This document shows positions 48,526-60,591 of a stretch of 64,000 bases of DNA, piece after piece (the first letter of the stretch is position 1; every line of letters starts with the position of its first letter). This stretch comes from Vicugna vicugna (Eukaryota). The position numbers and the translations under genes are program-made. The stretch spans positions 2,418,001 to 2,482,000 of the forward strand of contig MU058636.1 in assembly GCA_013265495.1 (NCBI GenBank), given 5' to 3'. Under the pieces are notes generated by a model. The model saw only the letters and a list, made by a program, of their open reading frames with translations, was not told the origin of the DNA and did no database searches.

Positions 48526-49615
48526 TCTGGGCCCATTATTTCATGTCCTAGTGCTATGAAGCCTTGACCTGGGGGCTCCCCTTGTTTGAATACTTTCTTG
48601 AAACATCACTGCTGCAAATTTGAGAGAGCGACTGTCTTCTGGACAGGATATATTACTCCGTGTGCTTTAAGAGAGGGTTTTTAAAAAAACATTTGGAATA
48701 TATAGGACAATTTATTGAAGTCAATCTCAAGCAAAATCTGAAATCAGTGGAGTGTCATTAAAAATCTTCCCAAATTAATCCTCACAGAAGCAAAAAACAC
48801 ATCTGAATTCCAAAGTATTTGCGAAATTTAAAAAGGCAACATCTCAGTAAGTATAATATACAAAAATTGTATGTTCCTACCAGCACACACAGCAGTAAGA
48901 AACTTAAATATTACAGGCAGCCCTAAGTACGCTGTAACTAGTCAAGAATAAGCTATCTGGGTACAGGTTAACCAAGCTTTATACATTTCACAAGAGAGGG
49001 TTTTAAATGGTCTTAATCAGACAGCAGAGTCCCTTGATGATCTAGGAGAGGTTGGAAGTTGATGGGAGTGAGAACCCTCTAAAGTGAGGTGAGAGAATTT
49101 CCTTTTGCTGTTGAGCGGCCAGCTGACGTTGACACGCGGGATGTGTCCGAGCCCCGCGGGCGTGGGGCTGTGGTTTTCAGGGCCAGTGCTCAGCAACCCA
49201 AGAGGAAGAGAGTAAGTAGAGGTGGTGAATTGACTCAGATCAGGGAGACCGGGGGGCAAGAAGTTGAAGGTGTTTGTACTGATAATTTCAGAAGTGGTAG
49301 ATCACGGGGTTGAGGCAAAGAAATGGTGACATGAAGGACCTGATATAGTGAAAGAAGACCGAGGGCAGCTACTAACAGACTCTACGCACCATCTCATTAA
49401 ACGTTTAGGCAACTTTTGCTGAAACTTTATGTCACCAACATTTGATCTTACATTTCTGTTCAACACATTCTGGTTGATAATATGATTTAGGAAGAAATCA
49501 GTATTCATCATGCTCAACTCACACCCATTCTGAAAAGTATGCAAAAAGCATTTACTCCTGGTGAAACTGAAATCTCATTTCCTTCCCTCTGGCTCCTTGT
49601 TGTTTCCTATTGCAG

Positions 49616-49709
49616 GTTACTCCACGCTAATGAGAGAAAAAACTTGTGGTTTATCAAGATCAGAATAAATATAGCAAGGTTGATCACTGAATATTTATGA
49701 AACATAGTG
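49616..49709 (+). other. Candidate non-coding exon (94 nt, stops in all three frames)
   Basis: Acceptor ccttgttgtttcctattgcAG; donor GTG|GTAAGT. Confidence 0.45.
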
Positions 49710-50279
49710 GTAAGTGAATAAAGGAAGGTATTAATAAAACTTGTTGTTCTATCTTGGATTTTGTGAAATGGAAAAGCGAAGTCCAGGAGTCGTGGTAAAT
49801 ACTCTGATATATCCATGCTAATCATTTAGATGGTAACACTGTATTTCTCCACCAAACACAAGCGTTAGAGGAAAAGGAAAATTAATATTGGAAAAAAAAA
49901 CTATGTATTTTATAATAGGGAAAATAATTTTTAATGTAATGGGCATAATTTGGAAAATTCAGGAATATATATAAAAAGGAAAAGAAAAATTACCATTTGT
50001 CTCATAGTACTAAACAATAAAAACATAATGTTTTTTATTCCAGATTTTGTTTTCCTGTATGTAGATTTTTTCTTTTTATTATGGTTGGGATTATTTTTAG
50101 TAAGTTTCAACCACTTATGTTACATGAAAAGTTAATGTGGACAGTTGGAGAGAAAGATGGCAGTTTCACCCATGATTAACTGTACAGTATGGTCCATTGT
50201 GGAGAGAAATCTAATCAAATATGGAGTTCTAGAAAAGACTATACTTACATATTTGGTTTATTATTTAGTATCTTTGGCA

Positions 50280-51170
50280 GAACTATGTCTGTGAAAATGA
50301 AAGGCAGAAGACCTAGAATAGTCAAGAGAATTTTGAAAAAGATTATAGTTGGAGGGCTTATGTTGCTGAATTTGGTATTGGCCTAAGGACAGGCATAAAG
50401 ATCAATGGAACAGAATAAAAAGTCCAGAAATAAACCTGCAAATTTATGGCCAGTTGGTTTTTGACAAAGGTGCCAAAGCATTTCAATGCGGGAAGGTTAG
50501 TCTTATCAAGAAATGTTGCTGGAACAATTGGTTATCCACATGCAAAGCAGTGACCTTAGGCTCCTACCTCACACCAAACACAAAATTATCTCAGAGTGGA
50601 TCATGGACCTACATTTAAGAATTAAAACTGTAAAATTTTGATTTTTGTGTATGACTTCACATTAGAAAAGATTTCTTAGATATGATGTCAAAAGCATGAT
50701 CCATGAAAACATTAATAAGTTAGACTTCACTAAAATTAAAAACTTATTCTTTTCAAAAAACAAAGGGAAAAGACAAGCCAGTGAAAAACTTTCGCTCTGC
50801 AACAGATCTTGTTAAGGGGATGAGAGGACAAGCTCCAGACCAGAGAAAATTTTTCTAAATCTCATATCTGAAAATGAACAATATCTCAAATATATAAAGA
50901 ACTCTCAAAACTTTAATAGTGATGAGCGAACAGTCCCATTGGAAAATGGGCAAAGGACAAAGACATGGACAGACTATGTATATTTCACTGAAAATGCACA
51001 GATGCCAAAGAAGCACATGAAGGGATGCTCAGAGCATTAGCCGTCAGGGAGATGCACGTTAACACCGCAATGAGATACTGCTACACACTGATCAGAATGG
51101 CTCAAATGAAAAAATCATGACTTAAAAATGGTGAGCTCTATTTTTAAAATAGTGACAGTACCAAATGCTT
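50280..51170 (+). mobile_element. Old L1 (L1MC/MD-type) ORF2 3' fragment
   Basis: gatcaatggaacagaataaaaagtccagaaataaacc...ttgacaaaggtgccaaagc...caatgagatactgctacacac. Confidence 0.85.
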
Positions 51171-51604
51171 TCAAGGGTTCCAAGTATTTGTAGGGTTTGT
51201 TAGGTGAGCGAGGTGGGAAGCCAGTCTGTCTGGAGTGGTCCAAGGCACAGAAGTCAGAACGTCCAGTGACCTGGAGCGAGGCATGTCGGCCTACGCGAGG
51301 GGCTGAGCTGGAGATCAGTGGGGTTGAGGTTGAGGAGGGCTGGGGTGCTGCCTAAGGAGTTTGCCTGCATCTTGTAGGTAATAAGCCACGACTGAAGATT
51401 TTGATTTATGCAGTTGGCCTGATTGAATTGCTACTTAGAAGTTTCATCATTACCGTTGGGTTTCCTGGAAGTAGGCCTTCTTGGTGTTTTAATTGTGCTG
51501 ACTCCCCAGGTAGCTTCTGCATTGTTGACGACGTTCCTCCTGATGCACTTGCCGCCTGAGTCCCCTCCGGGCTCTTTGACCACAGCCCCCTTCCTCAGTG
51601 ACTC

Positions 51605-51820
51605 AGGAAGCAGTTATTGAGAGCCTGCCCTGTGCCAGACCAGGGAAGGGGGCTCAGGGCAGGCCCCTGAGGGAGAGGCTTTTCAGCTGAAGTCTGAGAT
51701 CTCAGTAATGTTGGGGAGAAGCATCCCAGACCAGGGTGGCACGTGCCAAGGCCCTGGGGTGGGAATGAGCTGCCCGCACTCAGGGAAGAAAGCCAGGGCT
51801 TGTGTGACCGTGGAGTCATG
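51605..51820 (-). mobile_element. L2 fragment
   Basis: ttattgagagcctgccctgtgccag...gcacgtgccaaggccctggggtgggaatgagc. Confidence 0.6.
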
Positions 51821-54174
51821 AGGGGCGTCCTCTGAGGTCTGTCCTTGGACCTCTTTCTCTCACGCCGCCGCTTCTCAGGGAACTTCATCTCTTCCTCTGG
51901 CCTCAGCCATCACCTGGGTGGTTATTTACACCTCTTATCTCCATCATGATACTCAGATTTCCTTGCCAGGCATCTCCACTTGCATGTCCTAAAGGCATGG
52001 TACCCCTTGTGGTAAACTCTGTGAGGGGTCTTCTTGCTTTGCTGCTACTCACTTGCAGCCTATGTACTTGGGTCTGTACGTTTCTTCATGCTTTTCTCCT
52101 GGTTGCTCTTCTGCCCTCTCTCCTGTGAAAACACAGCTCAAATGCTCCTCTTGTGCAAAACCTTCCCTTTCAGTTTATCCCTACCTATCTCCCGCAGCAG
52201 AATGAATTAACCCCGGGACCCTGGAAAACACTGTCCACTCCTCTGTTAACCTTCTCGGTTTGTAGTGTTGACCATTGTGTATTTCTCTCTGCCCTTTAGA
52301 TTGAGTCCTTCTAGACCTTATTTCCTTGGTACCTTGCGTGGTATTTGGGACTTTCAGTTTCTAAATAACTGTTTTATGAGCAGAATAAAAATAGATATTG
52401 AAATACTGATGGAAGTGCTTTAACTATGTTTGGCCAATGAAAGTAGAGAGAAAGAGTCATGTCTTATGTAGAAAGAGAATAAATCAAATGAAGAAAACCC
52501 GTCCCTCTGGTTTTGCCCTCGGCATCTTCATAAGGGGACAGTGTGGATTGTTATCCTGGTTGAAGGCCCTGCATAGGGCTTATGAAATCTGAAAAGCAAG
52601 ATATTTTGAGAGAGAGTTGGTTGCTTGAGATTAAATTAAAGTCAACCTCTGGGCCTCATTCTTTACATTTAAAATTGAATTGTCAATGTCTGGGGCAAAG
52701 GGTAAGGGATCACCACATCATTTGGAAAGATTGATTAAAGACAAAGAATAAAATTGAGTGCTAAACTGACACCCCTCCCAAGAAAAAATGTAATTGTTAG
52801 TGAAGTCAAGTTTGATAACCAAGAATCTACTTGGAAATAATTAGCATTTACTGAGGGTGCTTTGTATAATCCATTTATTTTAATTTCTTTTTAATTCTTC
52901 CTGATGTTGGAGGTGGCAGGCTCACTGTTCACTTGTTCTCGGCTCTTCCTGGGGGGTAGCTCTTCACATACCCCCCCATCTGTGTGACAGGCTTCAGCAA
53001 GAAGGGAAAGAACTGCATGTTGGTGGCATCCATTCAAGGGGGAAAAGTCAGGGGGTTTGTTGACTTGCAAATATGATTGAATTAAGACACTCATGGCGTT
53101 GCCTGCTCCCAAGTGCCTGAGCTCACTTGTACAGCCGCATTTTCTCTTCTGTGCCAGCATCAGCCTTGCAGGTACACACTCATTGTTTCTGACTTTCTAA
53201 TTATAGCCAAGTCATCACTGATTTGGTGAGCTGCCTCGTTATTAGATAATTGTTTTCTCTCTGTTGTGGGGCATCTGACGTTGTCATGAAGCTGACGGGC
53301 GTCCCGAGCGCAGGCGCACCTTTGTCTGCAAGGCTTCCATGTTTCCCTCAGTTGAGGTCTGTGCTGCAAACATGTATGAAGCACAGAGCTGGTGCTTTGT
53401 GTGGTGTGCTGGGGTTTGCGTTTCCAAGGAAAGGATGAGGGATTTATTTTCTCTTGGAGAACGAGGTAGCTGTGCGTGGGGAGACATGGGGAAAACATTA
53501 TACTCTAAGATGCTCTGATGTGTGACTCTCAGTGTTTCCATAATAAACAGCAAGGAGGATAGGAGCTCCAAAGAGACGCACATAGAAAGCTGGCGGACCT
53601 CACCAGGTCCTAAAGCGTCCCCACCGCCCTTTAGCGTGTGCCGGTGTTCTCTGCTCTTTAGTGGAGTTTGAGCGTTAGCAGGCCCAGGTATCCCACCATG
53701 GGGAGGTGGGTGAGGTCAGGTCGGGGATGCAGGATGCTGGGGATGGTCTGACGGTGCTTCACTAGGGTCTTGGCCACATTTGTCCACACCTGCACTCCAG
53801 TGTTTGTTTTGGAGGACTTACTGGAAAGTGTCTATGCAACATGGCAACTTTTTATTAGACTATAAAGCATAGCATTGTCCCCGGAACGTCGTTTATTTTG
53901 GCCACGCAAGTTCGCTTCTGATGATTTGTTCTCTGTCATCATAGAATGGCCTAAGTTATAGGAGCTCTTGGTGGTTATAATTCTAGAAGATGGGTTGGAA
54001 GGGACTGTATTAAAACATCTAGACAAGCGTATTTCAAACATCAGTGGGTGAGTGCTGTGTTCATGATTTTTGCCATCTTTGAGAGCTACTTGCACTATTA
54101 CTTAATATTTTTTTCTCCCGATTATGTCTTCTGTTTGGGTTAGTCTTCTGAAGCATCATTTCTGGATTTGAGAA

Positions 54175-54410
54175 AGTTGCAGCTTGGATTCTGGAGCCAG
54201 ACTACCTCGGCCCACGTCGGTCCACCTCTCCCAGGTGTAGTGACCCGGGGCAAGTCGCTGCGTCTCTCCGCGTCTGTTTCCCAAGGACAAAATGAGGATA
54301 GTAATAGTATCTGTCTCATAGGCATTTTGTGAGGATTAAAGGAAAAGAAAAAAAAAAGGAAAAGAGCTACAATAGGACCTTGCATAGTGCTCACAAAGCG
54401 CTATTATTAG
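54175..54410 (+). mobile_element. MIR
   Basis: ttctggagccagactacc...gtgacccggggcaagtcgctg...aaatgaggatagtaatagtatctgtctcatagg...gtgaggattaaa. Confidence 0.85.
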
Positions 54411-55329
54411 TTATATGTTTTTCTAATAAACATGAAAATATTTGACCATTGAAAAGCCCCTTTATGCCAGCTAAAATTCGGTTACGTTCTGCCAGCAGGA
54501 TGTGGACGTTGCTTTGAGAAGCATTGATCTTGTCAAATGGTCTCATCCTTGGTTTTGTGCTTGATTCTTCCCTGCGTTTCCCGGGACTGAGACCACCGGG
54601 GTTTCCACTGCATCGCAGCCCCTGACACAGTTAGAACAGCCCGCCTTCTTGGGGCCCTGAGCTTCCCCCCATCAGTTCTCATTTACCCTTGGACATCACG
54701 GGGGCCACTCTAACCTGTCTCCTCCGCTACAGTCCTTTACGTGATTGAAGAAAGCTGTCGTGTCTCCTGGAGGCTTTTTTCCCAGCCCTGCCAGTGTCAG
54801 CTTTTCCTCTGATGCAGCCCCCACCCGCCTTGCCTGTCTAATGTCATCCCTTTGCATGGAAAGAGGCAGCGGGAGAAGAGACTTGTCCTGGGACATGTCT
54901 CGCTGGTACTAATTAGTGTTCGTAAACCCCAGGAGCACCTGAGCCTGGAAGCAGCCAGCATCTTTGCAGATGCAAAAGTTGCAGGTGGGAAGTGGATACA
55001 CCAATACGTCCACTAAGAGCCAGAAACGTTAATCTAGAGAAATCTCGGAAGACGTGTGGTTGCCCCTGTGGAGGGTGGGTGGCGGGTGAGCCGACTGTTC
55101 ACAGTGTGCTCTTACCCTTCAAGCTCCATGCCCTGCGGTGTGCTACCTCCTAAGAAAAACCTCACATGCATATACGAGGAAAACAGAATTATAGCTTATT
55201 AGAACTGCAAAGTATTTTAAAAAAATAATATGAATGAGTCTGTTAGTAAGTTCCTGACTAAGGGAACAAAAGATAACAGGTGCCGTGCTCAAAGGAGAAG
55301 ACGAAATAAGTAACAGTATCCGCAGACCT

Positions 55330-55670
55330 CACCTCTAGCCTTCCTCCCCCGCCTGCGCGCCCCACTGGGTCTGGCTGCTTCCTCTTTCTCCCTTAAGGTC
55401 CAGCTTGAGTGTTACATCCCCCTGGGAAGTCTTCCTTAACCCCGGAACCCCCTCCACAAGGCGGGGACCAGGGTCTCCCTTCCTGTTTCCAGAGCATCTT
55501 GTACAAACTTCCATATGATTCTAATGACCATGGCCCATTTTCTGTTTACTCTTCAAACTCCATACCTGCAGACTCCTTGAGGGAGGGGCTGTCTCACTGA
55601 TACTTAAATTTCCCCTGTCTGTGGTGCTGCCTGGCATAGAGAATGCGTGGGATATGTGTTCACGGAATGA
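55330..55670 (+). mobile_element. L2 3' fragment
   Basis: tgttacatccccctgggaagtcttcc...actccttgagggagggg...gtgctgcctggcatagag...gaatga. Confidence 0.6.
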
Positions 55671-57542
55671 GCAGAGCTCCGCAGGGCGGTGGGAGGTGTG
55701 GTGAAGGCTTCCTGGGGCAGCTGAGCTGGTGCCTGAGCCATCCTGAGGGCTCACGGCACACCTGCCAGGCTGAGAGGAGAGGGGCAGCCCTTGGGCAGCG
55801 GGAGCAGCAAGTTCAAGGGCACAGGGGTGTGTCTGAAGTTAGCCTTTCCGAAGAGCTGCCCACGCTAAAAAAAAAAATTTTAATCCCAAACATCTAATAT
55901 TTTATAGCAAAGTTTATCTAATGTTGACCCAAATTAGTAAAAAGGTTTGTGCTTTTTAATCTCTGTTTCAGAATGAAGATGATTCTGAGTTCATTCTTCA
56001 GTTAAATTATTTGAGATTGTATTTCGAATCCTCGGGTGTGGATGGATGAGGGGTTCATGGGCGAGCTGGGTGTTTCCTCCTTCCTGATGCACCCCCTTCC
56101 CTCCCTCTTACCCTCCTCCTCTCTTCTCCTTTCTGTAGAATCTGCCACGTAAAAGACATTGTTCAGACAGCTGGGGGAGCGCATGGTCTTGAGAGGAGCA
56201 GGACTCTAGTACAAGGCAGAAAGTGCTAAGAGCCGCCAGAGAACACTCGTTGGGCTCTAGAAATCACAGGAAGGAGGACTTCCATCCAGACAGTAGCAGA
56301 GGCGGCATCTTGGCAGGGATCACATTTGTTCTGTGTGTGGAGTTTCGGTGGGCAGATACTTGGGGTGGTGAGTGTGCTGGAGGTGGGTGAGAGAGGGGGG
56401 CATTCCCAGGGGAGAAAACAGCGTCAGCAAGAGTCTGTGGGTGGGACGGCTTGGGAGGGGTGGCTCGGGAGGCCAGGGCATCCATTCCGCGTGGCTGGGG
56501 AGGGCGGCGAGCAGCAGGGAGGGCTCTAGCAGGTGGTTATGGAGGCTGTTAGATGCCAGGTGGGAGGTTTGGGCTTCCTTCTTCAGGCTCTGGGGGCGGA
56601 GGGGGCACTGGAGATGTTTACTCGGCAATTGATGCATCAGAGCTGGGGTCAGTGTCAAGAATCCTAACTGGATAAAAAAATCTAGTTGGAAAAGCTACTT
56701 ACTGAGTCAGCTTCTGTTGGCTAAGAACCAACAGACGCAAAAAGAAAATGATTCCTGGCCACAGGGTACTTTCTGGAGATCTTCCAGGATTCTTTCTGTG
56801 TGCAGTTTAATAGAGAACGTGGTACAGAGCAGGTTTGGCTCGGAGGTGACCAAGGACACAATCAGAATGGCCATCTCTTCCTGGGAGCCAAAGGCAAAGC
56901 CACTAGTCAGCCAGTTTGATCTGTGGTTAGAAGGGCCTTGTTGCTGTGGGGTGAGCTGAGTTACGAGTTTCATTATGTACGTTTCTCCAAGCATTGGTGT
57001 GCCTGGTAATTTTTCTGTGGTTTTGATGAGTAATTCTGAAACTCTTCCTGAAATACAGGAGCAGAAGAGCCCCGTGAAGCACAGGGCTTCCCAAGACACT
57101 GTGTTTTGCTGGCTCCTTGGAGGAGCTTGGATTTCAGAAACATCAGAGAGACTGAGTATGGAGAAACCCTCCAAACGGCTTTTAGCGCTCCAGCTGGCTA
57201 AATGAGAAGACAGGTTAAACAGACTTTCCATGTGAATAGAACATGATTAGAATTATTTTTATCCTTGAGTTGTGAGGCGTTGTTTCTGCCATGTACAGAT
57301 TTGTACAGATTTGCACATTTTTATGACTCAAAGAAATTTATTGTAAAGCGAGGATCCAGAGAGACATCATTTTGCTTTTGCTCAGGACTTGGGATTTTTG
57401 CATTTATAGCAAGCGAGTCACACGTTTTCATTGATGGGTGGAGGGACGTAGAGTGAGAGGCTTTTCAGAGCTTTCAGGGTTGTGTCTTTTGCTTCTTTGG
57501 GGCCATTTGTCACTAGTTAACTTCCCTCTTCATCACTGTCCC

Positions 57543-57918
57543 TTCTATGGACTGAATTGTGTCCCCCACCAGATTAATTTGCTGAAAGCTCTAGGCCCCC
57601 AGTGTGACTGTATTTGGAGATGGGGCCTTTGTGAGGTAGTGAGATTTAGATGGGGTCCTGAGGGTGGGGCCCTCGTGATGGAATTAGTGCCCGTATAAGA
57701 AGAGGCACCAGAGAGCATGTTCTTCCTGTCTGGCCTGTGAGGACACAGTGAGAAGGAGGCCATCTGCACGTCAGGGTGAGAGCTCTTGCCAGAAGCCAAG
57801 CAGTCTGGCATGTTTGTCTTGAACTTCTCAGCCTCCAGAGCTGGGAAAAAACACCTTTCTGGTATTGCAGTCCCCAGTCTGTGGTGTTTCGTTACGGCGG
57901 CCCGAGCTGACTGATACA
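57543..57918 (+). mobile_element. MaLR solo LTR (MLT1A-like)
   Basis: ctatggactgaattgtgtcccc...gtatttggagatggggccttt...gtgaggacacagtgagaagg...ctgactgataca; 5-bp TSD gtccc/gcccc. Confidence 0.9.
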
Positions 57919-58833
57919 GCCCCGCCAGAAACAAGGCTTGTAAAAGCGGAGCTGAGGGCTCAAGACCAGGTGTTGACTGCGTAGAAATGCTGGCCAGCCC
58001 TTTTTTGAGGCTGGTTCTGTCATGCATTTTTGGCCTACAAGTGTCTGATGGAGACAGGCTGAGGTGAAAACGGGTGCGTTTGTGTGACAGATTCTAATAA
58101 AGGGGAGGGCATACTTTGCTTAAGAATCAAAAAACATCCTTGGAACCTGGGACGCTGTGTGCTCCATGTATGGAAACTTGGAGCCATGCGGGTTTTTAAC
58201 TAGCTTAATTTTTAAATACTTTCAAGTTCTTGGATATGCAGAAAGCTGAATGAATTGATTAATTAATGGTTAATATTGATTTTGGAGGCCAGAGTCCCGT
58301 AGCAGGAAAAGAAGAACCTCAGACAGAACAGTTTAAGACAGAAAAAGGGTCAAGAGCAGTCTGAGAGCTTTTTGAAGGAGCTCGGGATCCGTCTTTCAGC
58401 CTTGGAGCTTCTGGAAATCACCCACGCACAGCGGCTGAAGGCCAGCCTCGTGTGTGCCAGGGCACATTTGGGAAGACAAAGGAGGAAGGAGAAAGAAGTT
58501 CCTGTCTGTACATGGAGGTGGTCCCCGCGGGGGTTTTGTACCTCTCAGACATGAAATACAGTGGGCCTCTCTGAGTACGCAGTCCAGGGCCCTCCGAGGC
58601 TGCAGCCCCATCAGAAGGGCCTTTTACTGTGTTCAGCAATATTTCACGAGTTTTATTTGGCTTGTTTTTTCTCATTTGTGCAATAATGAACTATGCTTCT
58701 GTTAAAATTTTAGGCTAGAGAAAGATATTTGGAGGAATTTTATAGTCAAAAGAAAATTATAGATAGTTATCTTACATTTGGAACCACATAACTGCCCCAT
58801 GTTAATTCAGGCAGGCAGAAAGTTATATTCGTC

Positions 58834-58960
58834 CTTTTTTTTTTTTTTAAATTGAAGTATGATAGATGCTTTACAATGTTGTGTTAGTTTCTGGTGTCCA
58901 GCATGGTGGTTCAGTTATACATATAAATATTCGTTTTTAACATTGTTTTTCATTCTTTTA
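58834..58960 (-). mobile_element. Young L1 3' terminal fragment
   Basis: Poly-T, then aaattgaagtat...ttacaatgttgtgttagtttctggtgtccagc. Confidence 0.85.
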
Positions 58961-59191
58961 GATTAAAAATATTAACAGACCATGTACATATACCAGAAAT
59001 AGTTTAAGCAGCAGGGAGATTTAGTATATAACTTACTGAAAACTTGTTTCCTTAAAAAAGTTGATTGACCCTTTTTAGGTCCATGAAGGTGAGCGTTAGG
59101 TTCTCGAGAAATCAAGTCAAAACAGCTGAATTGTTCATTGCACACACACCTGTGCCCCAGGCCTCGTGGAAGCTTCAGAGGAGCATTGGAC

Positions 59192-59396
59192 CTGTGCTGT
59201 CCAAGACGCTGGCCACTGGCACATGGGCAAATTCCAATTTAAATTAATGAAAGTTAAACACAATGACACATTCAGTCCCCGAGGTGCACCAGACACGTCT
59301 CAAGTGCTCATTGGCTGCAGTGGCCAGTGGTCCCTCTGAGACAGCAGGGATCCGGAACGTTTCTGACCATCGCAGGAAGTTCATCCGGCCGTGCTG
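59192..59396 (-). mobile_element. MER3 (hAT-Charlie)
   Basis: ctgtgctgtccaa...ggccactggcacatg...tcaagtgctca...catcgcaggaagttc...gtgctg. Confidence 0.8.
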
Positions 59397-59717
59397 TGTG
59401 AGACCGTTTTCTCTGCCCTCACTGACGTTTACTCTGTTTGAGATCGAGGACAAAAAGATGGGAAAAAGATGGCAAAAGAAAATATAATTAACATTTTATC
59501 AGCAGTGTCCCCGTGCAGTGTGAGATTGATTATTGGAGTCATTTCATGGGAAATAAATGGTACAAGACATTAGGCTGAGACGGTCAGGGAAGAGCTGTGA
59601 TTTTTATTTGATGTTACAGAAACTGGTAGGCTTCTGACAGGCAGCGATGGAGCAGGAGGGACTGAAAGTGCTGTGGGGAAGGGAGGTGAGGGGATGGTGT
59701 AAGATGTGTGGGAGGCA

Positions 59718-59820
59718 GGAACAGCTGTGTAATGAGCAGGACCCAGGGCAAAATAAAAATGTGGGGTTTCTCATTAAAAGATTATTGAAAATTTCTAGAC
59801 CGTGGTAGCAGAGCCTGTGG
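59718..59820 (-). mobile_element. MER45A-like fragment (hAT-Tip100)
   Basis: ggacccagggcaaaataaaaatgtgggg...attattgaaaatttctagac...gcagagc. Confidence 0.55.
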
Positions 59821-60329
59821 TCCCAGCATCAATTGTCTGCCATGTTTGGGGGGACGATGAATAAACCAAATCAGCTAGGTTCTACTGAGTCCTCCAGATG
59901 AGTGGTAAGAGATATGACCAGAGCACTAGCAAAATGTAAACAAACACCTTGCTCTGTCTCAGCTTCGCCATCTCAAGGCATGCTAGACGCATGCTGGCTG
60001 GTTGTTTGCGGCCAGAGCTCTGCTGGTCGCCCAGTGACTTGTCCTCCCATCCTGAACATGACCCTGAGAAGAAGTGTTCTTCTTCTGGACACAGTGCAAA
60101 GCATTGTACATGGCTGACTCCTTCATCCCTGCTGATTGCAAAGATTATCTCTTCCAGGGAAATGAATGATGGAGTTTAGAAGGAATCCGCTGAGCACCGT
60201 GGGCTTGGCACTCCTCGTGAATGTGTTAGTTGACTGTTGTACCAAAACTTCCCTCTTTGGTTTACATGTCTCAAAGAGATTTACCACTCCAAATAAAAAA
60301 GCAAAAGAGAAATCACTGAGGAAGTGACA

Positions 60330-60484
60330 GCAATGTACATGCCTTGATTAAAAAATAACGCTGTTGGAAAAATGGCGCCAATAGACTTGCTCTATGTGAG
60401 GCTGCCACAAACCTTCAATTTGTGAAAATGTAATATCTGCCAAGCGCAGTAAAGCACAGTGAAGTAAAATGAGGTTTTTGCCTG
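60330..60484 (-). mobile_element. Tigger1-derived fragment
   Basis: gctgttggaaaaatggcgccaatagacttgctc...gccacaaaccttcaatttgt...gcctg; homologous to 23260-23384. Confidence 0.8.
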
Positions 60485-60591
60485 CATTTGCCTACTATAA
60501 GGGTGGCGAAGGAGAATCGTAATAAAATAATGCAGACTTGATGAAGATGTACACCTTTTATTCAGCAAAGATTCAAATTCCCTTTATTCCT

